DNA of 64,000 nt, taken from the NCBI GenBank assembly GCA_963674885.2, contig CAXXEA010000003.1:3854984-3918983 (forward strand), read 5' to 3'. Positions within the stretch are counted from its first letter, which is position 1; the number at the start of each line of letters is the position of its first letter. Shown piece after piece: positions 1-9,391 of this stretch. A program made the position numbers and the translations under genes. The notes under the pieces are model-generated. The model was not told where the DNA came from. It worked only from the letters and a program-made list of their open reading frames with translations, and ran no database searches. Source of the stretch: Desulfobacterales bacterium. GTDB lineage: Bacteria > Desulfobacterota > Desulfobacteria > Desulfobacterales > UBA5852.

Positions 1-227
1 CGCATGCGGACCATTGATTGGTCAGGGTCGTTTCTTATACCGATTAATGATCAACAACGGGTTGTCCTCATGATAGGGTGTTTATATAGCGCAGTCGAAA
101 GTGTAATTCACGCGGTAGGGAAGCAACGGGCGGGGCATCTAAAGATGAGCCTGTACTTCCATTATCGCAAAGGAACCACAGGCTTGAAAAGCCATTGGCA
201 TTTATGAATACAGCAAAAAAATACGGA

Positions 228-1895
228 CTAATGCACCACCAGATGCTGAGCTCTCTCAATGGCCTCCTTCAGTTCCTTACCTTGAATAACAGAACTTGTC
301 TCGATCTTGGCGACAACCTGACGGTTTTCGGTAGCTTCAATCGCCGTAATCTGCAATCGGCCTTCCCGATTGAGATTAAAGGTAATCTCTACCGGCGAAT
401 CTTCCGGGAGCCCCTCCGGCAAATCCAATACGGCCGTGCCTATTCCAATCGAGTGCTCAACCGCAACGACTTTTTCATTGGTTTCGTTTTCCATGATGCG
501 AATCAGCACTCTTTCCTGATTGGCTTCCGGCGTATAGAAGGTCCGTTTTGTTTCAACCGGAACAGCGGTGTTCTTCAAAATGAGGTTGAAAACACCCTCT
601 TGATTGTTGGGACGACGGGCCACAACACCAAAACTTTTACTCGCGACGTCCCTGATTCTCATCGTCGATCGTTTCACCGCCGAAAGCGTAACACCTGTCT
701 CTTCGGACATTTCCTTGGCGACTTCTTCCATGATCTGTTTCGGGGTGGTTTCAAAAATATTGTCGCTGTTTTCAATCTCCCGATTCGTTTTTTTAGCAAT
801 TCGGCGTATTAACCCATCGTTGAGTGATAATTTCCACCCGTAAATGGCGGCGCCTTTGGCGACAGCTTCGTCCGGATCAAACATGCGGGGTTCCATGCCG
901 AATTCCTGGCGGATTCGATCTGGAATTTGCGGCATCCGGGTGGATCCTCCCACCATGATAATTTCATCAAAATGCTCGTATCCCTTAGTTTTAGCCTCTT
1001 TTAACATTTCATGCGCCAAGGCAATGGTGCGTTCCAAAAGATCTTCGGTGATTTCTAAAAATTTATCGCGACTCAACTCGACTTTTACCCGATCACCACC
1101 ATGCGTTATGGATATGGGGGTTTTATCGCGTTGGGATAAGATTTTTTTTGATTTTTCCGACGAGAGCTGCAAATCCTGCCATGTATCGGGGTCTTCTAAT
1201 ATATCATCCTCGGATTGGGTCTGGCGTTGAAATTCCTGCACCAAGAAGGCAACGATGCGATCATCCCAGTCTTTACCGCCCAGGTTGTGATCGCCCCCCG
1301 TGCAGATCACGTCGATCGAACTTTCCTGAATGTCGATCATGGTGATGTCAAATGTACCACCGCCTAAATCGTAAACCAGAACAACACGATTCTCCGTTTC
1401 CTGAACGGTTCCGTAAGCAATTGCAGCGGCCGTGGGCTCATTGATAATTTGACGCACGTTAAAGCCAGCAATTTCTCCTGCTTTGCGGGTTGCCTCCCGC
1501 TCATTGATACCAAAATAGGCGGGGCAGGTGATGACCACATCCTGGACCTTTTCGCCAATGGTCTGCTCGGCGTCCTGGGCGACTTTGCGCAGGATAAAGC
1601 TCGAAATTTCCTCCGGACGATACGGTTTACCGTCATATTCGTATAGGAAATTGGCTTCCCCCATGGATCGTTTGATAAAGCTTACCACTTCATTGGGATA
1701 AAGCTTGGCACTTTCCTTGGCAACGTCGCCGACAACAATCTCGCTGCCATCAAAGAAAACCACGGAAGGCGTGATACGTTGGTTCTCCGCATTGGGAATG
1801 ATGACCGGTTTGCCGTACTCGTCAACATAGGCAATGGAAGAATAGGTTGTGCCAAGGTCAATACCAAAAATTTTGTTGATTGGATCACTCATCAA
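228..1895 (-). CDS. Hsp70-family chaperone, short DnaK paralog without C-terminal helical lid
   Basis: 555-aa ORF with Hsp70 ATPase motifs (IFGIDLGTTYSSIAY, VYDLGGGTFDITM, IMVGGSTRMPQI). The protein ends just after the beta-sandwich substrate-binding region, so it is about 80-90 aa shorter than canonical DnaK. Confidence 0.85.
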   Translation of the reverse strand: MMSDPINKIFGIDLGTTYSSIAYVDEYGKPVIIPNAENQRITPSVVFFDGSEIVVGDVAKESAKLYPNEVVSFIKRSMGEANFLYEYDGKPYRPEEISSFILRKVAQDAEQTIGEKVQDVVITCPAYFGINEREATRKAGEIAGFNVRQIINEPTAAAIAYGTVQETENRVVLVYDLGGGTFDITMIDIQESSIDVICTGGDHNLGGKDWDDRIVAFLVQEFQRQTQSEDDILEDPDTWQDLQLSSEKSKKILSQRDKTPISITHGGDRVKVELSRDKFLEITEDLLERTIALAHEMLKEAKTKGYEHFDEIIMVGGSTRMPQIPDRIRQEFGMEPRMFDPDEAVAKGAAIYGWKLSLNDGLIRRIAKKTNREIENSDNIFETTPKQIMEEVAKEMSEETGVTLSAVKRSTMRIRDVASKSFGVVARRPNNQEGVFNLILKNTAVPVETKRTFYTPEANQERVLIRIMENETNEKVVAVEHSIGIGTAVLDLPEGLPEDSPVEITFNLNREGRLQITAIEATENRQVVAKIETSSVIQGKELKEAIERAQHLVVH

Positions 1896-2865
1896 TATTC
1901 CCCGTATTTACTGATTCTTGCGGATCTTCATAGACATAGACGGCAACCATTTCCTGCCGAATCACTTTTCCCTCCCATTCATATCCAGGGCGTAAGCTCT
2001 TGGCAATGGTCTTGTCTTTAGAAGGGTCATCGGTGATAATTTTCTTGATGGTGCGCTGTTTCGCCGGATCGAAAACACCCTCCCGGTTCGTGTAAGGTTT
2101 GACGCCTTGCCAATAAAAAATATCTTCCAGGTCGGAGGGAATGGCCTCTAGATAGCGAAATAATTTCACCGGGTCCCTCTGTGAAACATCCAACGACCTG
2201 AAATAGGCAATCCATTTGCGGATATCATCGGCAACCTTAACAACATCCAAAACAATGGACAAAATATGCTTTTTTACAATGTCCTGTTTGTATTCCTGTA
2301 ATTCCTGGTGGAGTTTGTCGATAATTTCGTCTTTATGTTCATCGTATTTGATCTTGCCGGCAAACTCGGCTTTGAGCTGAACCAGCTGGGATTGGATGTC
2401 ATCAAGATGGTGCTGAAGATCGAAGGATTGTGATTCCGGTATCGTCTCATCCCCGCCCATTTCCGGCAGCGCTCCAGATGCCAGGTCTTCCGGCGCTGTT
2501 TTATCATCGGGAGCGCCCTCAACGGTTTCGGATTCCTCAAAAGCGGACCCGATTTCGGCAGGGATGTCTCCGAGTTCAGGCATCCCATCCAGATCTTCTT
2601 CATCGCCATGATCGGGTGCAATGGACAAGCCATCCTCGGGTTGCCCCGTTTCATCGTCATCATCGAATGGGGAAGCTTTTAGACCAACTTCCGCTAATTC
2701 GTCCTCGTCAAAAAGGGATGGCAATCCATCACTTTCTGTCACCGGGCCATCGCCGGGAACCTCATTGTCTGTCAAATCGTCGGATTCGCCTTCAGGTATA
2801 TTTTCATCCGCGACCAAATCGTCCAAAGGGATGCCGACTTCGTATTCATCCTTATCCTGACTCAT
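1885..2865 (-). CDS. GrpE-like nucleotide exchange factor with long acidic N-terminal region
   Basis: 326-aa ORF whose stop overlaps the Hsp70 start by 11 nt. The first ~150 aa are extremely D/E-rich. The C-terminal ~150 aa resemble the GrpE core by eye (GVKPYTNREGVFDPAKQRTIKKI ... RPGYEWEGKVIRQEMVAVYV). Confidence 0.6.
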   Translation of the reverse strand: MSQDKDEYEVGIPLDDLVADENIPEGESDDLTDNEVPGDGPVTESDGLPSLFDEDELAEVGLKASPFDDDDETGQPEDGLSIAPDHGDEEDLDGMPELGDIPAEIGSAFEESETVEGAPDDKTAPEDLASGALPEMGGDETIPESQSFDLQHHLDDIQSQLVQLKAEFAGKIKYDEHKDEIIDKLHQELQEYKQDIVKKHILSIVLDVVKVADDIRKWIAYFRSLDVSQRDPVKLFRYLEAIPSDLEDIFYWQGVKPYTNREGVFDPAKQRTIKKIITDDPSKDKTIAKSLRPGYEWEGKVIRQEMVAVYVYEDPQESVNTGNIDE

Positions 2866-3028
2866 CGTGTCCTCACGAATTGAAATTTAACAACTAAAAG
2901 CTTTTAATTTAAACCCCACTACAGCCAGAAAGTCAAGGAATTCATCCCTATACAACCGGCAATGCATGGTGACAGTCGGGTTATCCTTTGCGCATAATAG
3001 AGGGATTCATCTCTCTGCTTGTTCCCCC

Positions 3029-3071
3029 AAAAAAAAGGCCGCCATTCGGGGGGATAGCCCCGGCCGGCGAC
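3029..3071 (-). terminator. Rho-independent terminator downstream of the EF-G paralog
   Basis: On the minus strand there is a GC-rich interrupted hairpin (GTCGCC..CGGGG-loop-CCCCG..GGCGGC) followed by a run of T (the complement of the A-run at 3029-3036). It lies 38 nt after the stop at 3109. Confidence 0.6.
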
Positions 3072-3108
3072 CTAAATTGACGCATTCAAGGAATAGCGAT
3101 AGTGGCCC

Positions 3109-5184
3109 TTATTCTTCGGCCTGTTTTACCCCTTCGATAACCTTCTCGGCGATTTGCGCCGGGACCTCATCATAGTGAGAAAATTCCATGCTGTAAATCC
3201 CGCGACCACCGGTCATCGACCGCAGATCCGGGGCATACGTCAGAAATTCCGCTAAAGGCACCTGGGCTTTGATCTGCTGGTAGCGTCCGGCGTTTTCCAT
3301 CCCAAGCACCCGGCCGCGACGACCATTCAAATCGCCCATGATATCGCCCATATAATCGTCCGGAGTGGTAACGATCACTTCCATGATGGGTTCCAGCAGA
3401 ACGGGTTTGGCTTCCGCAACAGCCTTCTTGAAGGCCAGCGAACCCGCCACTTTAAAGGCCATTTCAGATGAATCAACCGCGTGGAAGGATCCAAAATCCA
3501 GCGTCGCACGGAAATCCACGGTGGGAAACCCTGCCAGGACGCCTTTCTTGGCTGATTCTACGATACCTTTTTCAACGGCGGGAATATACGTCTTGGGAAT
3601 AACGCCCCCGACGATCGCATCCACAAATTCAAATCCGGCCCCCTTGGGCAGGGGCTCGAACTGCACCCAGCAATCGCCGAACTGGCCGTGACCGCCGGTC
3701 TGTTTCTTGTGTTTACCCTGAACACGGACCTTCTTTTTGATGGTTTCCCGATACGGTATTTTCGGCAATTTCAGGTTGACATCCACCCCAAACTTGCGTT
3801 TCATCTTTTCGATGGTCGCCTCGATGTGGACTTGTCCACGACCAGACAGCAGGATTTCATTGGTTTCCGAGTTGCGATCCAACTTCAGCCCCGTATCTTC
3901 CTCCAGTAGCTTATTCAACGAAATATAGATCTTGTCTTCATCACCTTTGGCTTTGGATTCCAACGCAAATGAAATGAGCGGCGGCAACGGTTCCGCAAAA
4001 GGATATCTCAGCTTGTCGCTGTCGTCACAAAGGGTATCGCCGGTGGTGGATTCTTTTAATTTCGCCACGGCCACAATGGCGCCGGGGCCGGCCCCATTCA
4101 CCTGCTTTTGTTCCTTGCCGGCAAGGGTTAGCAACTGGTTGAAACGTTCCTTGGTTTCTTTGGTGGCATTGTAAAAATTACCATCGGAACCGAGTGTACC
4201 CGACACAACACGAAAAATTGAGAGTCTGCCCGCATAGGGGTCGGCAACGGTCTTAAATATAAAGGCCGAAAAAGGGGCGTCAGGATCAGGATTGCGCGAA
4301 ATTTCATTCTCACCACGAAGATCGGTCCCAATCTTAGCGCCACGGTCTATGGGGGAAGGTCCTGCGCTGATGAAAAGGTCCATCAAATTATCGATCGCGA
4401 TCTTACCAATGGCGGAACCACATGCGACGGGAACGAAGATCCGTTCGTTGACCCCCTTCTTGAGGGTGGCCTTCAATTCGTCATCGGTGATGGATTCGCC
4501 CTCGAGATAACGCTCGATTAAGGCATCGTCTGCCTCCGCAATGTTTTCGATCAGGGTCTCCTTTTCAGATTCGGCCAACTCCTGAAGGTCGGCAGGGATT
4601 TCGGTCACGCTGACCTTGCCATCGCCGTCATAGATAAAGGCCTTCATGCTGATAAGATCGACAACACCCTTGAAATCACCTTCGGAACCGATGGGCAGTT
4701 GGATGACAATCGGTTTGGGTGTGGATAGCGACTCTGAGACATCCTGAAAGGCTTTGTTAAAATCAGCGCGTTCCTTTTCCATCTTGTTGATGAAAATGAT
4801 TGCGGGCATATTGAATTCCGAAGCAAAATCCCACGCCTGCTCGGTCTGAACTCTGACGCCGTCGATAGCATCGATGACAAACAAGGCCACATCGGCACCT
4901 TGCATGCAGTTCTTGGTTTCGGTAAAAAAATTCTGGTCCCCGGGGGTATCGATCATATTGATCGTGTGTTTTTTCCACTCAAACTGATGGATGCCGCTGC
5001 TGATGCTGGTTTGACGTTTTAGCTCCTCAGGTTCAAAATCCATGAGGGTATTGCCATCTTCCACACGACCAATGCGATTGGACAAGCCGGCTTTGAAAAG
5101 CATGACCTCAGCCAATGAGGTTTTTCCCGCACCATTGTGTGACACCAAGGCAATATTTCTAATTTGTTCTGCGTTGACAGCCAT
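3109..5184 (-). CDS. Elongation factor G paralog (EF-G-like translational GTPase) with non-canonical G motifs
   Basis: 691 aa, full-length and collinear with EF-G domains I-V. G1 reads SHNGAGKTS, G3 reads DTPGDQNF and G4 reads NKME. Confidence 0.85.
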   Translation of the reverse strand: MAVNAEQIRNIALVSHNGAGKTSLAEVMLFKAGLSNRIGRVEDGNTLMDFEPEELKRQTSISSGIHQFEWKKHTINMIDTPGDQNFFTETKNCMQGADVALFVIDAIDGVRVQTEQAWDFASEFNMPAIIFINKMEKERADFNKAFQDVSESLSTPKPIVIQLPIGSEGDFKGVVDLISMKAFIYDGDGKVSVTEIPADLQELAESEKETLIENIAEADDALIERYLEGESITDDELKATLKKGVNERIFVPVACGSAIGKIAIDNLMDLFISAGPSPIDRGAKIGTDLRGENEISRNPDPDAPFSAFIFKTVADPYAGRLSIFRVVSGTLGSDGNFYNATKETKERFNQLLTLAGKEQKQVNGAGPGAIVAVAKLKESTTGDTLCDDSDKLRYPFAEPLPPLISFALESKAKGDEDKIYISLNKLLEEDTGLKLDRNSETNEILLSGRGQVHIEATIEKMKRKFGVDVNLKLPKIPYRETIKKKVRVQGKHKKQTGGHGQFGDCWVQFEPLPKGAGFEFVDAIVGGVIPKTYIPAVEKGIVESAKKGVLAGFPTVDFRATLDFGSFHAVDSSEMAFKVAGSLAFKKAVAEAKPVLLEPIMEVIVTTPDDYMGDIMGDLNGRRGRVLGMENAGRYQQIKAQVPLAEFLTYAPDLRSMTGGRGIYSMEFSHYDEVPAQIAEKVIEGVKQAEE

Positions 5185-5347
5185 CTATGCTCCTCTCTGC
5201 CATGTAGTGATTGGTCCATACCCCGAATGATACCAGATTTCGTTAAAGTTATTTCAACTACCTGTCTCAATTAAAAAAATCAAGGGGAAAATCGCTTCGC
5301 GAGTGGCAGGAATTCATCGTTGCGACCGTCTATGACAAGGCGGATTT

Positions 5348-6103
5348 TTAATTCGTTAGCAGTTTCGACTTGCGCATGAATGCCAGAAACTCCCTGTTTC
5401 CTTTCGGCCCCAATATGGGGGAGGGGACATCACCCTGATACTGCAGCGCCAAGGATTCGAAAAAACGTCGCAGGGAAATGATAACATCCTGATGAAGTCG
5501 ACCGTCTTTTACAACGCCCCCTTTGCCCACCTGCCCCTTACCGACCTCGAATTGAGGTTTGATCAAAACGATCAGGCCGGCCGTTCTTTTCATCATCGGA
5601 AGAACCGCCGGGACGATCAATCGCAGGGAGATGAAAGAAACGTCGATGGTCACCAGATCCACTTTCTCCGGAATCGCGTCCGGGCTTATATGGCGGGCAT
5701 TTGTGCGCTCAATCGCCACAACGCGCCCGTCCTGCCGCAGTTTCCAGGCCAACTGGCCATACCCGACGTCAACCGCATATACTTTTCGGGCGCCATGCTG
5801 CAACAAGCAGTCCGTAAACCCACCTGTCGACGCCCCGATATCAAGACACACTGCCGCCTCAAGGTCCACCGGAAACGTTTTTAATGCCATTTCCAATTTA
5901 AGGCCGCCACGACTGACATAGGGGAAGTCTTCCGTTTTCAAAGTGATCGATGATTGAATCGAGACAATGGTCCCGGGCTTGGCAGCAGGAAGGCCGTTCA
6001 CAAGAACGGCACCGGACATGATCAGGGCGCGGGCCCGTTCACGACTGGCCGCCATATGGCGTGCCACCATCAGTTGATCAAGGCGTTGTTTGTCAGGCTT
6101 CAT
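5348..6103 (-). CDS. tlyA: TlyA-family rRNA 2'-O-methyltransferase
   Basis: 251 aa. S4-like N-terminus (RLDQLMVARHMAASRERARALIMSGAVLVNG) plus an FtsJ-type SAM motif (LDIGASTGGFTDCLLQHGARKVYAVDVG). Sits in the conserved position after dxs. Confidence 0.85.
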   Translation of the reverse strand: MKPDKQRLDQLMVARHMAASRERARALIMSGAVLVNGLPAAKPGTIVSIQSSITLKTEDFPYVSRGGLKLEMALKTFPVDLEAAVCLDIGASTGGFTDCLLQHGARKVYAVDVGYGQLAWKLRQDGRVVAIERTNARHISPDAIPEKVDLVTIDVSFISLRLIVPAVLPMMKRTAGLIVLIKPQFEVGKGQVGKGGVVKDGRLHQDVIISLRRFFESLALQYQGDVPSPILGPKGNREFLAFMRKSKLLTN

Positions 6104-6169
6104 GCGGCGGAAAAAACCGTTGTTGGGGTCAATGAAAGAGGGGAGGGAAGGGAGGACGTTTTGGCAGGG

Positions 6170-8059
6170 TCAGGCCGTCAGCTTTAGCGCCGCATCGACA
6201 ATGGCGTCAGCATCCACACCATAAAGGCGACGCAGGAGTTTCTGGGGACCGTGGTCAACAAACACATCAGTGATTCCCAACCGCTTTATTTTAAAACCGC
6301 TTATGTTGGCATCGAGCAGCGCCTCCATCACAGCGCTGCCAAAGCCGCCGAGCAGGGTGTTTTCTTCAACCGTTACAATATAAGGAATGCGGGCGGCATA
6401 AGACCCAATCAAATCGATATCCAGCGGTTTGACAAAACGGGCATTGATGACGGCCGCCGCCAAACCATGCTCTTCGTTTAAAATACGGCGGGCTTTTAGA
6501 GCCTCTTCCACTGTGCGACCAATCGCGATGATCAATATGTCATCCGGGGTCTGGCCTTCACAAACAAGTTCCGCTTTTCCCACCTCGATGGGGGCTGTCG
6601 TGTCATCGAGAGGGACACCCGTGCCTGTGCCGCGTGGATAACGCAGCGCGATCGGGCCGGGATGCCGAATGGCCGTCTTCAACATGTGTCGTAACTCGTT
6701 TTCGTCTTTCGGACTCATGACGACCATGTTGGGGAGGCATCGCAGAAACGACAGGTCAAACAGGCCGTGGTGAGTAGCGCCGTCTTCCCCGACAATGCCG
6801 CCGCGATCGATTGCGAAAACAACAGGGTGCGATTCAATACAGACATCATGAATAATTTGATCAAACGCCCTTTGGAGAAAGGTCGAATAGATCGCGACAA
6901 CCGGCTTGAGCCCCTCAGAAGCCAGCCCCGCCGCAAACGTCACGCCATGTTGCTCCGCGATGCCGACGTCGAAAAAACGCTTCGGGAATGCCTCCGCAAA
7001 TCCAGAAAGTCCGGTACCCTCGGGCATGGCGGCTGTCACAGCCACAATGCGCTGGTCTTCCCGGGCGAGTTCCACCATGGTGTCGCCGAAAACTTTCGTG
7101 TAGGTGGGTGGGGTATCCAGCGAGGCGAAACATTCCCCTGTCGCCACTTCGAATTTGCCACAGCCATGAAAATGCACCGGGTTCTTCTCGGCCGGCGCAT
7201 AGCCTTTGCCTTTCTTGGTAATGACATGCAGAAGAACTGGTTCTTCAAGGACTTTAATATTTTGCAAAATATTGATTAAATGGTTTAACTTATGGCCGTT
7301 AATGGGTCCAAAATACTCAAAATTAAACGCTTCAAAGAGCATCCCCGGTGTAACAAAGGCCTTAAAAGACTCTTCCGATCGCTTCGCCAACTGGTACATA
7401 TCGTCGCCAATGCGGGGTAGTGATTTCAGGAAATCACCAATCTCGCGACGCATTTCCTGCAATCGTTTGGCCGAAAAGGTTCGGCTCAGAAACGATGAAA
7501 GCGCGCCGACATTGGGCGATATGGACATGTCATTGTCATTGAGAATGACGATAAGGTCTTTGTCTTTGTGCGTATCGCCGGCCTGGTTGAGCCCTTCGTA
7601 GGCCAGTCCGGCGGTCATGGAACCGTCGCCGATGACAGCGATGACCTTGGATCGCTCCTCTTTGATTTGCTTGGCGGCGGTTATGCCCAGTGCTGCCGAA
7701 ATCGAGGTGCTGCTGTGCCCGGTTGTAAACGCGTCATAGGGGCTCTCGCTCACCCGGGTAAAGCCTGAGATCCCATTATGCTGGCGAATGCTGGCAAACA
7801 CATCGCGCCGCCCGGTCAATAATTTGTGCGCATAAGACTGATGGCCGACATCCCAGATAATTTTGTCGTGAGGGGTGTCAAAAACATAGTGAAGGGCAAT
7901 GGCCAGTTCGACAGTCCCTAAACTGGGCGCCAGATGACCGCCGTTTTTTGCAACCACCTCAATGATGGTTTGACGAATTTCCTGGGCCAGTTGCGGCAGA
8001 TCCAGCCGATTGATCTGTTTCAGGTCCTCGGGGCTGTCGATTGTTTCAAGCAAACCCAA
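6170..8059 (-). CDS. dxs: 1-deoxy-D-xylulose-5-phosphate synthase
   Basis: 629 aa with the TPP-binding region IGDGSMTAGLAYEGLN and GHSSTSISAALG. Full-length transketolase-like architecture. Apparent TTG start. Confidence 0.95.
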   Translation of the reverse strand: MGLLETIDSPEDLKQINRLDLPQLAQEIRQTIIEVVAKNGGHLAPSLGTVELAIALHYVFDTPHDKIIWDVGHQSYAHKLLTGRRDVFASIRQHNGISGFTRVSESPYDAFTTGHSSTSISAALGITAAKQIKEERSKVIAVIGDGSMTAGLAYEGLNQAGDTHKDKDLIVILNDNDMSISPNVGALSSFLSRTFSAKRLQEMRREIGDFLKSLPRIGDDMYQLAKRSEESFKAFVTPGMLFEAFNFEYFGPINGHKLNHLINILQNIKVLEEPVLLHVITKKGKGYAPAEKNPVHFHGCGKFEVATGECFASLDTPPTYTKVFGDTMVELAREDQRIVAVTAAMPEGTGLSGFAEAFPKRFFDVGIAEQHGVTFAAGLASEGLKPVVAIYSTFLQRAFDQIIHDVCIESHPVVFAIDRGGIVGEDGATHHGLFDLSFLRCLPNMVVMSPKDENELRHMLKTAIRHPGPIALRYPRGTGTGVPLDDTTAPIEVGKAELVCEGQTPDDILIIAIGRTVEEALKARRILNEEHGLAAAVINARFVKPLDIDLIGSYAARIPYIVTVEENTLLGGFGSAVMEALLDANISGFKIKRLGITDVFVDHGPQKLLRRLYGVDADAIVDAALKLTA

Positions 8060-8110
8060 TGGCTTTTAACCCCTATCTGACAAGATATTTTTGCTTGTTA
8101 TGGTCAAAAG

Positions 8111-8196
8111 AAAATCACGATTCCCGACTCCCGCCTCACGGATCACGAGACTCCTGCCTCACGCTTCACGGTTTCCGCCTCACGATTCACGATTTA
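8111..8196. repeat. Three tandem ~22-nt units (plus a partial one) filling the ispA-dxs spacer
   Basis: Units are ccgcctcacggatcacgagact, cctgcctcacgcttcacggttt and ccgcctcacgattcacgattta. The plus strand carries 7 TCACG, which is 7 CGTGA on the transcribed minus strand. Confidence 0.85.
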
Positions 8197-9126
8197 ACGG
8201 CGTCTCTCGGTAACGTATCGTGCGATTGCCCGCAACGGATCGGATTTGGTATCAAAAATTTCAAGGCTGCGCAAGGCCTGGTTGACCAGTTCGGCGGCCT
8301 TCTGCTGGGCAGCGCTGAGCCCCAGCAAGGCAGGGTAAGTGTTTTTCCGGTGCAGGCGATCGGTTCCCACAGCTTTACCCATGATTTCCGGATTTCCCAC
8401 CTCATTGAGAATATCATCCGTTACCTGAAAGGCCAGTCCGATGCAGCGGCCATATTCTTTAAGGCTGCTGTAAGCATTCGCATCGGCATACCCCAAGATC
8501 GCGCCGCTTTCGATGGCGGCCGAAATCAAGGCCCCTGTTTTTAAAAAATGCAACTGCTCGAGCTCATCTGTCGCCAATTCTCGCCCTTCGGCAGCGATAT
8601 CACGCATTTGCCCTTCGATCATGCCGTCGTGTCCGGCCGCGCTGGCAATCAAAGCGATTATTTTTAACCACTGGCCATTCTGTTGAGGAGGCTGCTGAAG
8701 GGCGTGATCGGCAAGGCATTGGAATGCACATGTCAAAAGCGCATCGCCGGCCAATATGGCCGTCGCTTCGCTGAAAGCTTTGTGACTGGTTGGTTTGCCG
8801 CGCCTCACATCATCATCGTCCATGGCCGGCAAATCGTCGTGGATCAGGGAGTAGGTGTGGATCATTTCCAGGGCGCAGCCCACCGGCAGGGCTTCTTCTT
8901 CGCTCCCTCCCAAGGCGTGGGTGGCTGCCATGCATAGAATCGGACGTAAGCGTTTTCCCCCGGCCTCGATGGAATATATCATAGCCGCCAGAATTTCGGC
9001 ATCGTTGCGGCGGGATCCCTGCAGATAATCCAGCAAAGCAGAATCGATGATAGCCCGGCGTGATTCGAGATAAGGCTTCAGGTCGAAATCATTGCGGATG
9101 GATTCGGAAGACAAGATAGTTGTCAT
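8194..9126 (-). CDS. ispA: Polyprenyl (farnesyl/geranyl) diphosphate synthase
   Basis: 310 aa with two Asp-rich motifs, LIHDDLPAMDDDDVRRGKP and FQVTDDILN. Conserved position between xseB and dxs. Confidence 0.85.
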   Translation of the reverse strand: MTTILSSESIRNDFDLKPYLESRRAIIDSALLDYLQGSRRNDAEILAAMIYSIEAGGKRLRPILCMAATHALGGSEEEALPVGCALEMIHTYSLIHDDLPAMDDDDVRRGKPTSHKAFSEATAILAGDALLTCAFQCLADHALQQPPQQNGQWLKIIALIASAAGHDGMIEGQMRDIAAEGRELATDELEQLHFLKTGALISAAIESGAILGYADANAYSSLKEYGRCIGLAFQVTDDILNEVGNPEIMGKAVGTDRLHRKNTYPALLGLSAAQQKAAELVNQALRSLEIFDTKSDPLRAIARYVTERRR

Positions 9127-9151
9127 CTTTCGTCTTTTTCAACGCCAATCT

Positions 9152-9391
9152 TCATGATTCATGGTCGATATCGATTTCAAAAGGAGATTCAGTCGTGGAT
9201 TCCATTGTTTCACCCACAAGTTGCGTCACTTTTTTTTCGGTCTCATCGAGCATGCGGCTGCACTGACGGGACAGCGCCATTCCCTCATCAAATTTTTTCA
9301 ATGCCTTTTCGAGGGGCAAATCACCGGATTCCAGTTCATCGACGATTTTTTCCAGGGCACTCAGCGATTGTTCAAAGGTTTTCTTGGCCAT
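9152..9391 (-). CDS. xseB: Exodeoxyribonuclease VII small subunit
   Basis: 79 aa with FEQSLSALEKIVDELESGDLPLEKALKKFDEGMALSRQC. Its start abuts the stop of xseA. Confidence 0.9.
   Translation of the reverse strand: MAKKTFEQSLSALEKIVDELESGDLPLEKALKKFDEGMALSRQCSRMLDETEKKVTQLVGETMESTTESPFEIDIDHES

Noticed and set aside
195-812. 205-aa plus-strand ORF, and many similar long antisense ORFs (for example 11639-12316, 13775-14524, 46730-47335, 52351-52998, 55798-56589, 61817-62479)
   Set aside because: All lie fully inside and antisense to, or out of frame with, strongly supported conserved genes. They have low-complexity, Arg-rich translations typical of GC-rich shadow ORFs.
228-5184. Hsp70, GrpE-like and EF-G paralog genes as a possible anti-phage or toxin-type system
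   Set aside because: No nuclease, toxin, NTPase-sensor or other defence-associated domain is adjacent. The EF-G gene has its own terminator. Nothing in the sequence supports a defence role.
8111-8196. Mini CRISPR-like or attenuator peptide-coding repeat
   Set aside because: The ~22-nt units are directly adjacent with no unique spacers, and no leader ORF was found. Reported only as a simple tandem repeat.
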